Below, in pieces: positions 16,301 to 23,661 of a stretch of 25,575 bases of DNA; the stretch's first letter is position 1; every line of letters begins with the position of its first letter. This stretch comes from a virus (taxonomy: Duplodnaviria > Caudoviricetes), in IMG/VR virus record IMGVR_UViG_3300028585_000534, positions 1-25,575 of that record; one strand, 5' to 3'. The notes beneath the pieces were generated by a model. The model saw only the letters and a program-made list of their open reading frames with translations. It was not told the DNA's origin and ran no database searches. Made by a program: the position numbers and the translations under genes.

Positions 16301-18889
16301 ATCAGCGGCGATGTCGCGAGCATGCTCTCTGGCGGCGGCCAAGTGCCAGGCGCCTCGCGAACCGGCACCACGCCCAGTCTGAGCGAGAGTGTTGCGAACG
16401 TATACAACACCTTCAAATCGGGCGGCGGCTTCGAGAAATCGGTTGCAGAGGGTGTTCAAAAAGGCTTCGACAAGGTGGGACTGTCGTCGGGGTCTGGCAC
16501 GCCTGGCCAGGCCGCTCAATGGGCAGGCCGCGCTGGCGGCACCGTCGCCGGCTACATGGTCGGCTCGTCGATTAATAAGGGGATCTCGAACGGGTACGAA
16601 ACCGGCAGCGGGTTCATGACTGCGCAAAAGATTGGCACCGCGGTAGCCAGCTATTTTGCTGGCCCGGTTGGCGGAGCTATTGCCGGCGCGATCGGTGGGG
16701 TCATCAACCGCGCCTTCGGTATGAAGGAAAAAGAAATCCTCAGCACGACGTTGAGCGGCTCGCTTGGGGCTTCGGGCTTTGCCGGCTCGATCGACACCGC
16801 TTGGAAACAAGACGGCGGCTGGTTCCGTAGCGACAAGTCAGGCGTCGAAAAATCGGCGGTCGACGAGATCCTCTCGAAGCAGCTGGCAGGCGGGTACGAG
16901 GCTCTCAAAGCTGCTTCGGCGGATTACGCAAAAACGCTCGGCATTAATGCTGATTCCATCGCAGCGCGCACGCAGGCGATGAGCATTGCGTTCGGCAAGG
17001 ATGACGCGGCAAACCAGAAGGCGATCGAGGACTTCTTTGTTGGAGTCGGCAACACGATTTCCACCGAGCTGCTCCCGAGCGTTGCGCAGTTTGCCAAGCA
17101 GGGCGAGTCGGCCAGCACAACGCTTGAACGGGTTTCCACCGGCTACGCGCTGATCGAGGCCGCGCTGGGCTCGATTGGGGTCGAGTTCGGCGCGCTGGGC
17201 GTGCAGTCGATCGCTGCGCGCGAGCGCCTGCTCGACCTGGTCGGTGGACTGGATGCCTTCGCCTCCGGTGCTGCCTTCTTCGAGCAGAACTTTCTGTCAG
17301 AGTCGGAGCGGCACGCTGCGGCGCTTAAGCAGGTGAGGGCGGAGCTGGATGCGATCGGCCTTTCTTCGGTCGATACGCGCGCGGAACTGGCGGGCGTGGT
17401 GCGGGGCCTGGACCTGTCGAGCGAGGCAGGCGCCAAGCAGTATGCGTCAATCATGGGCCTGCAGGAAAAATTCGCGCAGGTGTATCCCCTGATCGACGAA
17501 ACCGCCGCAGCTACAGAGAGGGCGGCGGAGGCCTTGAAGGAGCGCGCGACCCTTCAGGACGAGCTTGATCAGCTGATCATGTCGTCGGCCCAGCTGTTGG
17601 GCAAGCAACGTGCCGCACTTGACGAGAGCAATCGTTCGCTGTTTGACCAGGTGCAGGCGGTCAGGTCGCAGCAGGCAGCCATCGAGGCGATGAAGCAATC
17701 TGCGGCGAGTCTGCTGGGCAACGTGGACAGCTCGTTCAGCGTGCTCCAGCGCGTGGTTGATCGCCAGAAGAAGGCGCTGCAGGAAGACATCCAGATGCGC
17801 ACCGAAGCGGTCAGCAAGCTGAAAAGCATGTCGGACGCCCTGCGCAGCACGCTCGACGGTATGCGCACTCCAGAACAGCAGGAGGCGGATCGCTCGAGCG
17901 CGCGTGCTGAGATCGGCGCCGCGCTGGCGATTGCTCGCGCCGGCGGCCCGCTGCCGGATTCGGACAAGCTGCAGCGCGCGCTGGCGGCGATCGGCAATGG
18001 CCCATCCACGGATGGCTATGCCACGCTGCAGGACTATCAACGCGATCTGTTCGGCACCCAGGGCGACCTGGGCGAGCTGGCTAGGCTGACAGACGGTGCT
18101 CTGACCGTCGAAGAGAAGAGCCTGAAAACGTTGGAGGACCAGGTCAAGCAATACGACCTGCAGCTCGAACGCCAGCAGGAGCTGATCGATATCGCAAAGG
18201 GCCAGAGCATCACCGGCCTGTCGATCGAGCAGACGCTCTTCGGCGTGCAAGCTGCGCTCGAGGCGGCCAAAGCTAACCCGATCGTATCGGCCACCTCGGC
18301 AATCAGCCAGGCCTACCAATCCTCTCTCGGCCGTGCGCCGGATGCGGATGGCCTGAAGTATTGGCAGGACCGGGCCGCCGGGGGAATCTCGACCGGCGCC
18401 ATCGTTGATTCGATCAAGGCTTCTCCTGAGGCGCAGATCCAAAAGCTCTACCAGGAAGTGTTCGGCCGCACGGCTGACGCGGCAGGGCTGAGCTACTGGA
18501 CTGATCGGCTCGGCGGCGGTATCAGCCTGGGCGCCATCCGCGACACGTTTGAAGAGAGCGACGAAGCCAAGAAGAAGCTGCGCGGCTTCGCCGTCGGTAC
18601 CAACCGCGTGCCGTACGACATGCCGGCCATGATCCACGAGGACGAACGCATCATTCCAGCGGCTGACAACCGCGAGCTGATGCGCCGGCTGGCCAGTCCG
18701 GCAGAGGGAGGCGCTTCGCTGGCGGCTGAAATTCGGCTGCTGCGCGAGGAGGTCGCGCTTCTTCGGGGCGCAGCTGATCGCGGTGCCAATGCGGCTGAGA
18801 AGACGGCGGATAGCACTGGTCAGCTCGCCGACCAGTTCGAAAACGCCTCGGACGGCGGCAATGCGCTACGGGTCGAGATGATCGATTAA
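13361..18889 (+). CDS. Tape measure protein (1842 aa) with C-terminal DUF4214-like repeats
   Basis: Ala-rich and helical; tape-measure domain QLSQAF..GVLRGEEFNAV...PRL..ALADG.GV..GALR.MA.QG.LT; terminal FAVGTN.VP.DM.A.IH..ERI.P motif; follows the chaperone pair. Confidence 0.96.
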   Translation: MSEITNEAVIKVTADASGVEAGLRQVEAATARTGKNLENLSATAQKTGKSLDNLGGSAGLRTVGEGAGSAAGQVDRATKSMADSIQRATATMNSGAKGSAAYYEALANTRGLNVAALRPYLDQLDAVTKKTAQAAAAQRQLDAGNSFLSGLRAQADGIGKTASQLAALRAEQLGVADDARPLIEQLQAAEEAAGNAGNSISGFAAALAAAGASAGIASVVQLSDAYNGYIAQLKLATTGQSEFVKAQAFVQQIAASAQSDLSSTASLFASITKSTRDLGIAQSQVANITEVVSLGLKVSGASAAASGSAIYQLSQAFNMGVLRGEEFNAVNDASPRLMEALADGIGVPVGALRAMAEQGALTTEVLANALPRALKTLQGEAKSVETVGGAITVLKDKTMLLVGATAQSSGVVSVLSGGIKLLSDNLALVGGAMATVAAVKLGSTLASAASAAYASVAANNARLASNVAAARSDVAATASAAALANARLADARAAVLASQGSAALALTTNVLIPAQAKATAASAAHSAALAAQAAATGAASVATRVLNGVLALTGGPVGAVIALLGVAATIWGVWSSKAKEANDKVAQSTEESTAEMITRLDEQIAKLRERNALAATEPRIKALDGISEVDKDGLARAKAALDANKAAQAAVGTDARARMMLQLDEVELSGKYEAALGRVKALQGEVATAAARTRGERLDDWYSKNGSAAQRLAAELTELKKQFGAIPPEMEKLVRAKYVDKSATKVIADQGKAAKEYADLVDRINGKSLGVDADYADNLKTLFAGYSAGKQSLEAYVATVEAYIKQQPFAKQAEEARLKALEQLSKFQDEYSKGLEATSGVYAKRIADAEAEATRNEELASTYGMTKSAVEQLELARLEEQLAQRSTLGLTLDEIDSLEKLIDAKKRNASAVAAMEQVDAAKKAAEEWKRASDSIEQSLTDALLRGFESGKGFGENLVETLKNMFNTLVLRPVIQAALAPISGDVASMLSGGGQVPGASRTGTTPSLSESVANVYNTFKSGGGFEKSVAEGVQKGFDKVGLSSGSGTPGQAAQWAGRAGGTVAGYMVGSSINKGISNGYETGSGFMTAQKIGTAVASYFAGPVGGAIAGAIGGVINRAFGMKEKEILSTTLSGSLGASGFAGSIDTAWKQDGGWFRSDKSGVEKSAVDEILSKQLAGGYEALKAASADYAKTLGINADSIAARTQAMSIAFGKDDAANQKAIEDFFVGVGNTISTELLPSVAQFAKQGESASTTLERVSTGYALIEAALGSIGVEFGALGVQSIAARERLLDLVGGLDAFASGAAFFEQNFLSESERHAAALKQVRAELDAIGLSSVDTRAELAGVVRGLDLSSEAGAKQYASIMGLQEKFAQVYPLIDETAAATERAAEALKERATLQDELDQLIMSSAQLLGKQRAALDESNRSLFDQVQAVRSQQAAIEAMKQSAASLLGNVDSSFSVLQRVVDRQKKALQEDIQMRTEAVSKLKSMSDALRSTLDGMRTPEQQEADRSSARAEIGAALAIARAGGPLPDSDKLQRALAAIGNGPSTDGYATLQDYQRDLFGTQGDLGELARLTDGALTVEEKSLKTLEDQVKQYDLQLERQQELIDIAKGQSITGLSIEQTLFGVQAALEAAKANPIVSATSAISQAYQSSLGRAPDADGLKYWQDRAAGGISTGAIVDSIKASPEAQIQKLYQEVFGRTADAAGLSYWTDRLGGGISLGAIRDTFEESDEAKKKLRGFAVGTNRVPYDMPAMIHEDERIIPAADNRELMRRLASPAEGGASLAAEIRLLREEVALLRGAADRGANAAEKTADSTGQLADQFENASDGGNALRVEMID
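18302..18565 (+). repeat. Two tandem 45-aa DUF4214-like repeats within the tape measure
   Basis: ISQAYQSSLGRAPDADGLKYWQDRAAGGISTGAIVDSIKASPE vs IQKLYQEVFGRTADAAGLSYWTDRLGGGISLGAIRDTFEESDE. Confidence 0.85.
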
Positions 18890-18908
18890 TGCAAACCAAG
18901 GAAATCGG

Positions 18909-19844
18909 ATGACTGTAAAAGCGAGGGTCATGGTCCCGATCGACGTTACGGCGAGCATGCTCAAGTCCGGCACGTCGATCCCGGAGCCTGATGCGGCGAA
19001 GGGTGAGGTCGCGTGGGCTGCCAGCGTGAGCCAGGCAGTCGGCAACCTGCGGACCTTCAACGGGTCCGTGTGGCGGTGCAGTTTGGCTCACACCGGCCGC
19101 ACCGCGACGCCTGACCTCGACTCTGGATACTGGAGCCGGGAAGGGCCGACGAACCGGATGGCGCCGTTCGACGACTATTCGAACACGAAGGTTGTGGCCA
19201 CCGGTTCGCTGACCTACGTGGTGCAGCCTGGGTTCCTGAACGGCCTTGCGGTCTACGGCATGGAAGGCTCCGCGTACAGCATCGTCGTGCGCGAGGCCCC
19301 AGGTGGTGCAATCGCCCGCTCCTGGAGCGGCGACCTGTACAGCCAGGCAGCAGGCCTATACGAGTTGCTGTTCTCTCCGCTGCTGCAGACCGAGCAGCTT
19401 TCGTTCGATGACATCCCGCTCTCACCGGCGGCAGAGGTCGCCATCACGGTGTCTTCGGCGCCAGGTGGGCGCGTGGCGATCGGGACGATCAAGCTCGGCG
19501 ACTGGCGGCAGTTCGTTGACGGCGGGCAGCCAGGTGGGACGCGGCAAGGTGCAGAGTCGACGCGCAAGACCTACACGCTCCGGAAATACAACTTCGACGG
19601 CACCTACACGATCACCCGGCGCGCCAAGAGCCGTGATGTGACCTGCAGCATCGTGGTCCATCCAGATCAAGCGATGCAGGCTGACGCGATCATGGGCGAG
19701 GTCGAAGACCGGGCTGTGCCGTTTGAAGCTAGCGGCCTGCCGAAGTATGGCTTTCTCAACACGCTCGGATTCGTCACCGGAAGCATCCGCGCCGACTCGG
19801 CGGGTACGGCAACCATCAACTTGAAAATCGAAGGGAACATCTGA
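18909..19844 (+). CDS. Minor tail protein (distal-tail position) with a small aromatic CBM-like insert
   Basis: First gene after the tape measure; AAGGA RBS; 311 aa, beta-rich; W..VG.LRT.NG.VWRC...HTG...PD....W segment. Confidence 0.75.
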   Translation: MTVKARVMVPIDVTASMLKSGTSIPEPDAAKGEVAWAASVSQAVGNLRTFNGSVWRCSLAHTGRTATPDLDSGYWSREGPTNRMAPFDDYSNTKVVATGSLTYVVQPGFLNGLAVYGMEGSAYSIVVREAPGGAIARSWSGDLYSQAAGLYELLFSPLLQTEQLSFDDIPLSPAAEVAITVSSAPGGRVAIGTIKLGDWRQFVDGGQPGGTRQGAESTRKTYTLRKYNFDGTYTITRRAKSRDVTCSIVVHPDQAMQADAIMGEVEDRAVPFEASGLPKYGFLNTLGFVTGSIRADSAGTATINLKIEGNI

Positions 19845-20551
19845 TGGCCATTACTCCTGTGCCTGCACTGACGGACATTCCGCAGTTTCCAGCGCTGTCG
19901 GATCGCGCTGCCGGCACCTATAACTCCAAGGCTTTCGCGTTCGGCACGCACATGTCCGACAAGTTCAACGAAGAGCTGGGCGCAGTGGCCAGCAGCGTGA
20001 TGCAGAACGCGACCTTGGCTGAAGCGAAAGCCGATAGTGCCGCCACGTCGGCCGGCATGGCCGCATCTGCTCTCGAGGCAGCCGAGTACACAACGGGCGT
20101 CGCTGGATGGGTGAGCGGGAAGACGTACCAAAAGTTCGAAGCGGCAATTAGTCAGATTAACGCTCAGGTTTATCGTCGGACGGCGGCTGGATCTGGAGCG
20201 ATCGATCCAGCGAATGATGCATCTGGCGTGTGGGTGATGCGCGCCGGGAACGGCGCGTTTGTGCCCCTCGCCGCGCCCACGACGACGTTCGATCTGTCGC
20301 GAAGCAGTTATTTCAAGCGAGCCATGACGGGCAACGAGACCTGGGTGTTCGATAAATGCCCCGCCGACGGTTACCGCTTCTTTGTGGAGCTCGACCTACA
20401 GGCCGGCGTGCTGTCCCTGCCGTCGTCAGTCAAGACCTCTGACGACATCGTGTACCCGATGAGTCTCGGCAAGGTCCAACTGCTGATGTTCGTAACCTCG
20501 AATCGCGGCGCTAGGTGGCGCATGGTTGCCGCACCCAACTTCACTGCATGA
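19844..20551 (+). CDS. Putative tail tip/fibre protein, 235 aa
   Basis: TGATG coupling; N-terminal anchor-like region, Ala-rich coiled coil, WVSGKTY..VYRR..DPAND..W module, C-terminal FDLS..SYF beta domain. Confidence 0.7.
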   Translation: MAITPVPALTDIPQFPALSDRAAGTYNSKAFAFGTHMSDKFNEELGAVASSVMQNATLAEAKADSAATSAGMAASALEAAEYTTGVAGWVSGKTYQKFEAAISQINAQVYRRTAAGSGAIDPANDASGVWVMRAGNGAFVPLAAPTTTFDLSRSSYFKRAMTGNETWVFDKCPADGYRFFVELDLQAGVLSLPSSVKTSDDIVYPMSLGKVQLLMFVTSNRGARWRMVAAPNFTA

Positions 20552-20560
20552 GAGGCGCGA

Positions 20561-21511
20561 ATGGATGATGCAGCGTTTGACATGATTTTCGGCGCCGCGC
20601 TTTTGGTAGGCACCGTCGGTCAGCGGGAGTGGACTACGGAGGGAACTTATTCGTTTGTGGTCCCCAAAGGTATTTACTTTCTCAGCGCCGTCTGCGTTGG
20701 CGGAGGTGGCTGTGGATCTCCTGGAACGTCTAACCCTAAGGGTGCCGGCGGGGGTGGCGGTGGGCTTCGTTACCATAAGCGCCTACCGGTGGTGCCGGGC
20801 GAAACCCTCACCGTCATAGTCGGTCGCGGCGGCTTTATGCAGGGTGGCATTCAGTCGCAGCCAGGTGGGAATACTTCGATCCTTCGAGGAAGCACCGTGT
20901 TGCTGTGGGCCGAAGGCGGTCAAACGCCAGCTCCAGTTTCAAGTACTGCGATCCCTGCAGGTGGCCGCGGTGGCGAGGGCTCTCCAATCGGTGGCGATAT
21001 TGGTGGCGGTAACGGAGGTTCCGGAGGAAATGGTTTTCCTTCGAACGACACCACCGGCTTCGCGCCAGGTGCAGGCGGAGGGGCAGGCGGGTATGCCGGC
21101 GCCGGAGGGAACGGCGGCGCTGCAACCGTAGCGTCTCCGGGCAAATCGGGCACGAAAGGTATCGGTGGCGCAGCAGGTGGTGGAGCGAGTGGCTACAGCA
21201 GTGCTAGCACCAGGGGCAGCACCGGCGGGGGAGGTGTCGGCCTTAGGGGGCAGGGCGCAGACGGCGCTGGCGGCCTAGGTGCAGCTGCTGCAGGCAATAA
21301 CTATGCAACTGGCGGCGCTGGAGGATCTAGCGGAAATTCCGCCGCGAGCTCTTCCGTTAACGGCGATTCTACTGTCGGTGCCGCCTTTGGCGGTGGTGGC
21401 CCTGGTAGTGGCCCGAACATCTCGGTGGGCGTCAACGGTGCACCTGGCGGCGCTCGAATGATATGGGGCGGAACCAGTGTCTACCCGTCCACCAATACGC
21501 AAAACAGTTAA
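20561..21511 (+). CDS. Glycine-rich putative tail fibre/receptor-binding protein, 316 aa
   Basis: GTYSFVVP.G....SAVCVGGGG.G..GGGGGGL.Y....V.PGE.LTV.VG.GG..GA..IWG pattern typical of Gly-rich phage tail proteins; GAGAGG RBS. Confidence 0.75.
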   Translation: MDDAAFDMIFGAALLVGTVGQREWTTEGTYSFVVPKGIYFLSAVCVGGGGCGSPGTSNPKGAGGGGGGLRYHKRLPVVPGETLTVIVGRGGFMQGGIQSQPGGNTSILRGSTVLLWAEGGQTPAPVSSTAIPAGGRGGEGSPIGGDIGGGNGGSGGNGFPSNDTTGFAPGAGGGAGGYAGAGGNGGAATVASPGKSGTKGIGGAAGGGASGYSSASTRGSTGGGGVGLRGQGADGAGGLGAAAAGNNYATGGAGGSSGNSAASSSVNGDSTVGAAFGGGGPGSGPNISVGVNGAPGGARMIWGGTSVYPSTNTQNS

Positions 21512-21522
21512 GGAGCAAATTA

Positions 21523-22035
21523 ATGTTCTACCAGCCCGCTACTAGCACCGTCTATTTGTCCCATAGCGATATTCGCCAGGCCTTGTGGACTCAATCGAGC
21601 GTGCTCTTCGGAGATGTTATTGCCGCTGATGACTTGGCTTCGGTCGGCGTGTTCGCACTGGCATCCGCTCAGCCACATGTGGAGGAGGGCCAGATCGCCA
21701 CTCCCCGGTCGATCGAATTGGTTGACGGCGCATGGACTCAGCTCTGGACCGTACGCGACCAGACGCCGGAAGAGATAGCTGCGCACAGGCCACTTGTGCC
21801 GAACGAGGTGACGATGCGCCAGGCCAGGCTAGCGCTGCTCACTATTGGCGTGCTCGACCAGGTCACGCCAGCGATCGAGGCGCTCGAAGGTATGGAGCGC
21901 GAGACCGCGCGCATCGAGTGGAACTATTCGAGCGTCGTCCATCGCGACAGCCCGCTGGTCATGATGATGGGCGCCGCGCTGGGCTTGGGTGGCGATGAGC
22001 TCGACCACCTGTTCATCACTGCTGCACAACTGTAA
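21523..22035 (+). CDS. Tail-fibre-associated protein (assembly chaperone-like), 170 aa
   Basis: AAGGAG RBS then ATG 21523; DG.W.Q.W.V and VP.EVTMRQARLAL..IEW.Y...V.RD.PLV..LD.LF..AA.L motifs. Confidence 0.75.
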   Translation: MFYQPATSTVYLSHSDIRQALWTQSSVLFGDVIAADDLASVGVFALASAQPHVEEGQIATPRSIELVDGAWTQLWTVRDQTPEEIAAHRPLVPNEVTMRQARLALLTIGVLDQVTPAIEALEGMERETARIEWNYSSVVHRDSPLVMMMGAALGLGGDELDHLFITAAQL

Positions 22036-22070
22036 TCCCAGCAGCTTCCTGCTTCTGGCCCGCATTACCC

Positions 22071-22094
22071 AGCCCGCTCCGGTGGGCTTTTTTT
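22071..22094 (+). terminator. Intrinsic-terminator-like hairpin upstream of the lysis cassette
   Basis: AGCCCGC-TCCG-GTGGGCT followed by T6. Confidence 0.7.
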
Positions 22095-22114
22095 ACGCCC
22101 ATCGAAAGGCAGCA

Positions 22115-22375
22115 ATGAGCATCAGCAAGACCACCCCGCCGGAAGTCGGCAGCTACGCCGGCGCCGCAGTAACGGTCGCCACATCCCTGACCCTGACCCA
22201 ATTCGGCGTCATCGTCGGCATCGCCACCGCCCTGCTGACGTTCGCGCTGAACGCCTGGTACACGCATCAGCGCAACACGCGCGAGCACTTGCTGGCCGAG
22301 CTGGACCGCCGCGAGCGGGAGGTGCGCTTGGCGCAGCTGCTCGCGCAATTGCAGGCGCCAGAAGCTAAGCCGTAA
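22115..22375 (+). CDS. Holin candidate (HP1-like), 86 aa
   Basis: GAAAGG RBS; SYAGA..LTL...GVIVGIATALLTFALNAWY hydrophobic segment then a charged tail. Confidence 0.75.
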   Translation: MSISKTTPPEVGSYAGAAVTVATSLTLTQFGVIVGIATALLTFALNAWYTHQRNTREHLLAELDRREREVRLAQLLAQLQAPEAKP

Positions 22376-22431
22376 TCCCGCAACCCCATCCAGTGCCGGC
22401 GCCGCCGGCGCGCAATCCGAAAGGGTAGAAC

Positions 22432-22644
22432 GTGAAATTCATCGAAGACGCACGCAAGCAGTTCCCGAAACTCTGGTCGGTACGCTTCGCGCTGCTGGCG
22501 GCTGTCGCTTCGGCCATCGAAGCCGGCATGAACCTGTACGCCACGGGCACAGCGCCGATCCTGGTGGTGGCCACCGGCATGGCCTCGCTCGGCGCCGCGA
22601 TCGCGCGCGTGGTGGCGCAACCGGCGCTGACCGGCAATGGTTAA
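22432..22644 (+). CDS. Small two-TM membrane protein, holin/antiholin candidate, 70 aa
   Basis: GAAAGG plus GTG; MKFIED.RK....WSVR then two hydrophobic stretches, ending ARVVAQP; overlaps the endolysin start. Confidence 0.7.
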   Translation: MKFIEDARKQFPKLWSVRFALLAAVASAIEAGMNLYATGTAPILVVATGMASLGAAIARVVAQPALTGNG

Positions 22645-23125
22645 GGGCACACCAACCCAGCGGCGCGGCCTGGTCGCGCTGGTCGGTGCCGTTGCCGCCA
22701 CTGCGCTGCTCGCGTTCACGCCGAAGTTCGAAGGTACCGAGCTTTCCACCTACCGCGACATGGGCGGCGTGCTCACGTATTGCACCGGCGCCACCGAGAA
22801 CGCGGCCTGGGGCAAGACGTACACGCCAGCGCAGTGCCGGGCCCAGCTCGACCGCGACCTGGAGCGGCACGCCGCTGGCATCGCCGCATGCATCCCGCTG
22901 GCGCGCCTGACCGACGGCCAGAAGGTGGCCTTCGTCGACGTCGCCTACAACATCGGCGTGGCCGGGTTCTGCGGCTCGAGCATGGCGCGCCGCACGAACG
23001 CCGGCGACATGGCTGGCGCCTGCAACGCGCTGCTGCTGTGGAACAAGGTCGGCGGCAAGGAAGTGCGAGGGCTCACGCGCCGGCGCCAGGCCGAACGCGA
23101 GCTGTGCTTGAAAGGGCTGCCATGA
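22637..23125 (+). CDS. Endolysin, GH24 lysozyme with N-terminal SAR segment
   Basis: E-x8-D-x5-T triad (FEGTELSTYRDMGGVLT), YNIG...FC.S, GL.RRR.AE..LC; Gly/Ala-rich hydrophobic N-terminus after basic residues. Confidence 0.93.
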   Translation: MVKGTPTQRRGLVALVGAVAATALLAFTPKFEGTELSTYRDMGGVLTYCTGATENAAWGKTYTPAQCRAQLDRDLERHAAGIAACIPLARLTDGQKVAFVDVAYNIGVAGFCGSSMARRTNAGDMAGACNALLLWNKVGGKEVRGLTRRRQAERELCLKGLP

Positions 23126-23499
23126 TCCCGCTCCAGTACCGCGCGCTGGCGGCCGGCTTGGGCCTGCTGCTGGCCATGGCCCTGGCCGGCGCCGCCGGCT
23201 GGCTCACGAACGGCTGGCGCCACGATGCAGAGATTGCCGAGCTGCGCCGCCTGCACGCCGAGTTCCGCGCCACGCTGTCGGAGGACGCGCTCACCACGCT
23301 CCAGGCCGACGCGGCCGAGGTGCGCCGCGCCGCGACCGAGTTCGCCACCATCCAATCCACCCTGGCGCCGAAGATGACGGCGCTCACCAAGGAGCTGCGC
23401 AATGCGCCCAAGTTACCTACTGGCTGCGTGCCTGACCCTGTGCGGGTGCGCAACCTCGACGCCGCAATCGACGCCGCCAACAAAAGCATCCCTCGATAG
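23122..23499 (+). CDS. Inner-membrane spanin (Rz-like), 125 aa
   Basis: ATGA overlap with the endolysin; N-terminal TM helix, helical periplasmic region, late Cys (LPTGCVPD). Confidence 0.8.
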   Translation: MIPLQYRALAAGLGLLLAMALAGAAGWLTNGWRHDAEIAELRRLHAEFRATLSEDALTTLQADAAEVRRAATEFATIQSTLAPKMTALTKELRNAPKLPTGCVPDPVRVRNLDAAIDAANKSIPR

Positions 23500-23644
23500 C
23501 GCGCTGGCGGCGCCGTGCCAGGCGATCGAGCGTCCGACTGCTGCCGATTACGACGTGTGGCAGGCCTGGGCTATCGATCTGCTGCGCCAGTACGCTGAGT
23601 GCGCGGCGCGCCACGCGAAGACGGTCCAGGCCTGGCCAAGATAG
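23402..23644 (+). CDS. Outer-membrane spanin lipoprotein (Rz1-like), 80 aa
   Basis: AAGGAG RBS, signal peptide with lipobox LCG-C, Pro-rich linker, L..PC and Y.ECAARH; overlaps the i-spanin 3' end in the +1 frame. Confidence 0.8.
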   Translation: MRPSYLLAACLTLCGCATSTPQSTPPTKASLDSALAAPCQAIERPTAADYDVWQAWAIDLLRQYAECAARHAKTVQAWPR

Positions 23645-23661
23645 ACGCTCGAGCTAGCCGA

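Noticed and set aside
20700-21470. GGC/GGT-rich low-complexity DNA as a repeat array or collagen
   Set aside because: It is explained by a Gly-rich coding sequence with no Gly-X-Y periodicity or fixed repeat unit.
18909-22035. Diversity-generating retroelement or invertible tail-fibre system
   Set aside because: No reverse transcriptase, recombinase, TR/VR pair or flanking inverted repeats were seen.
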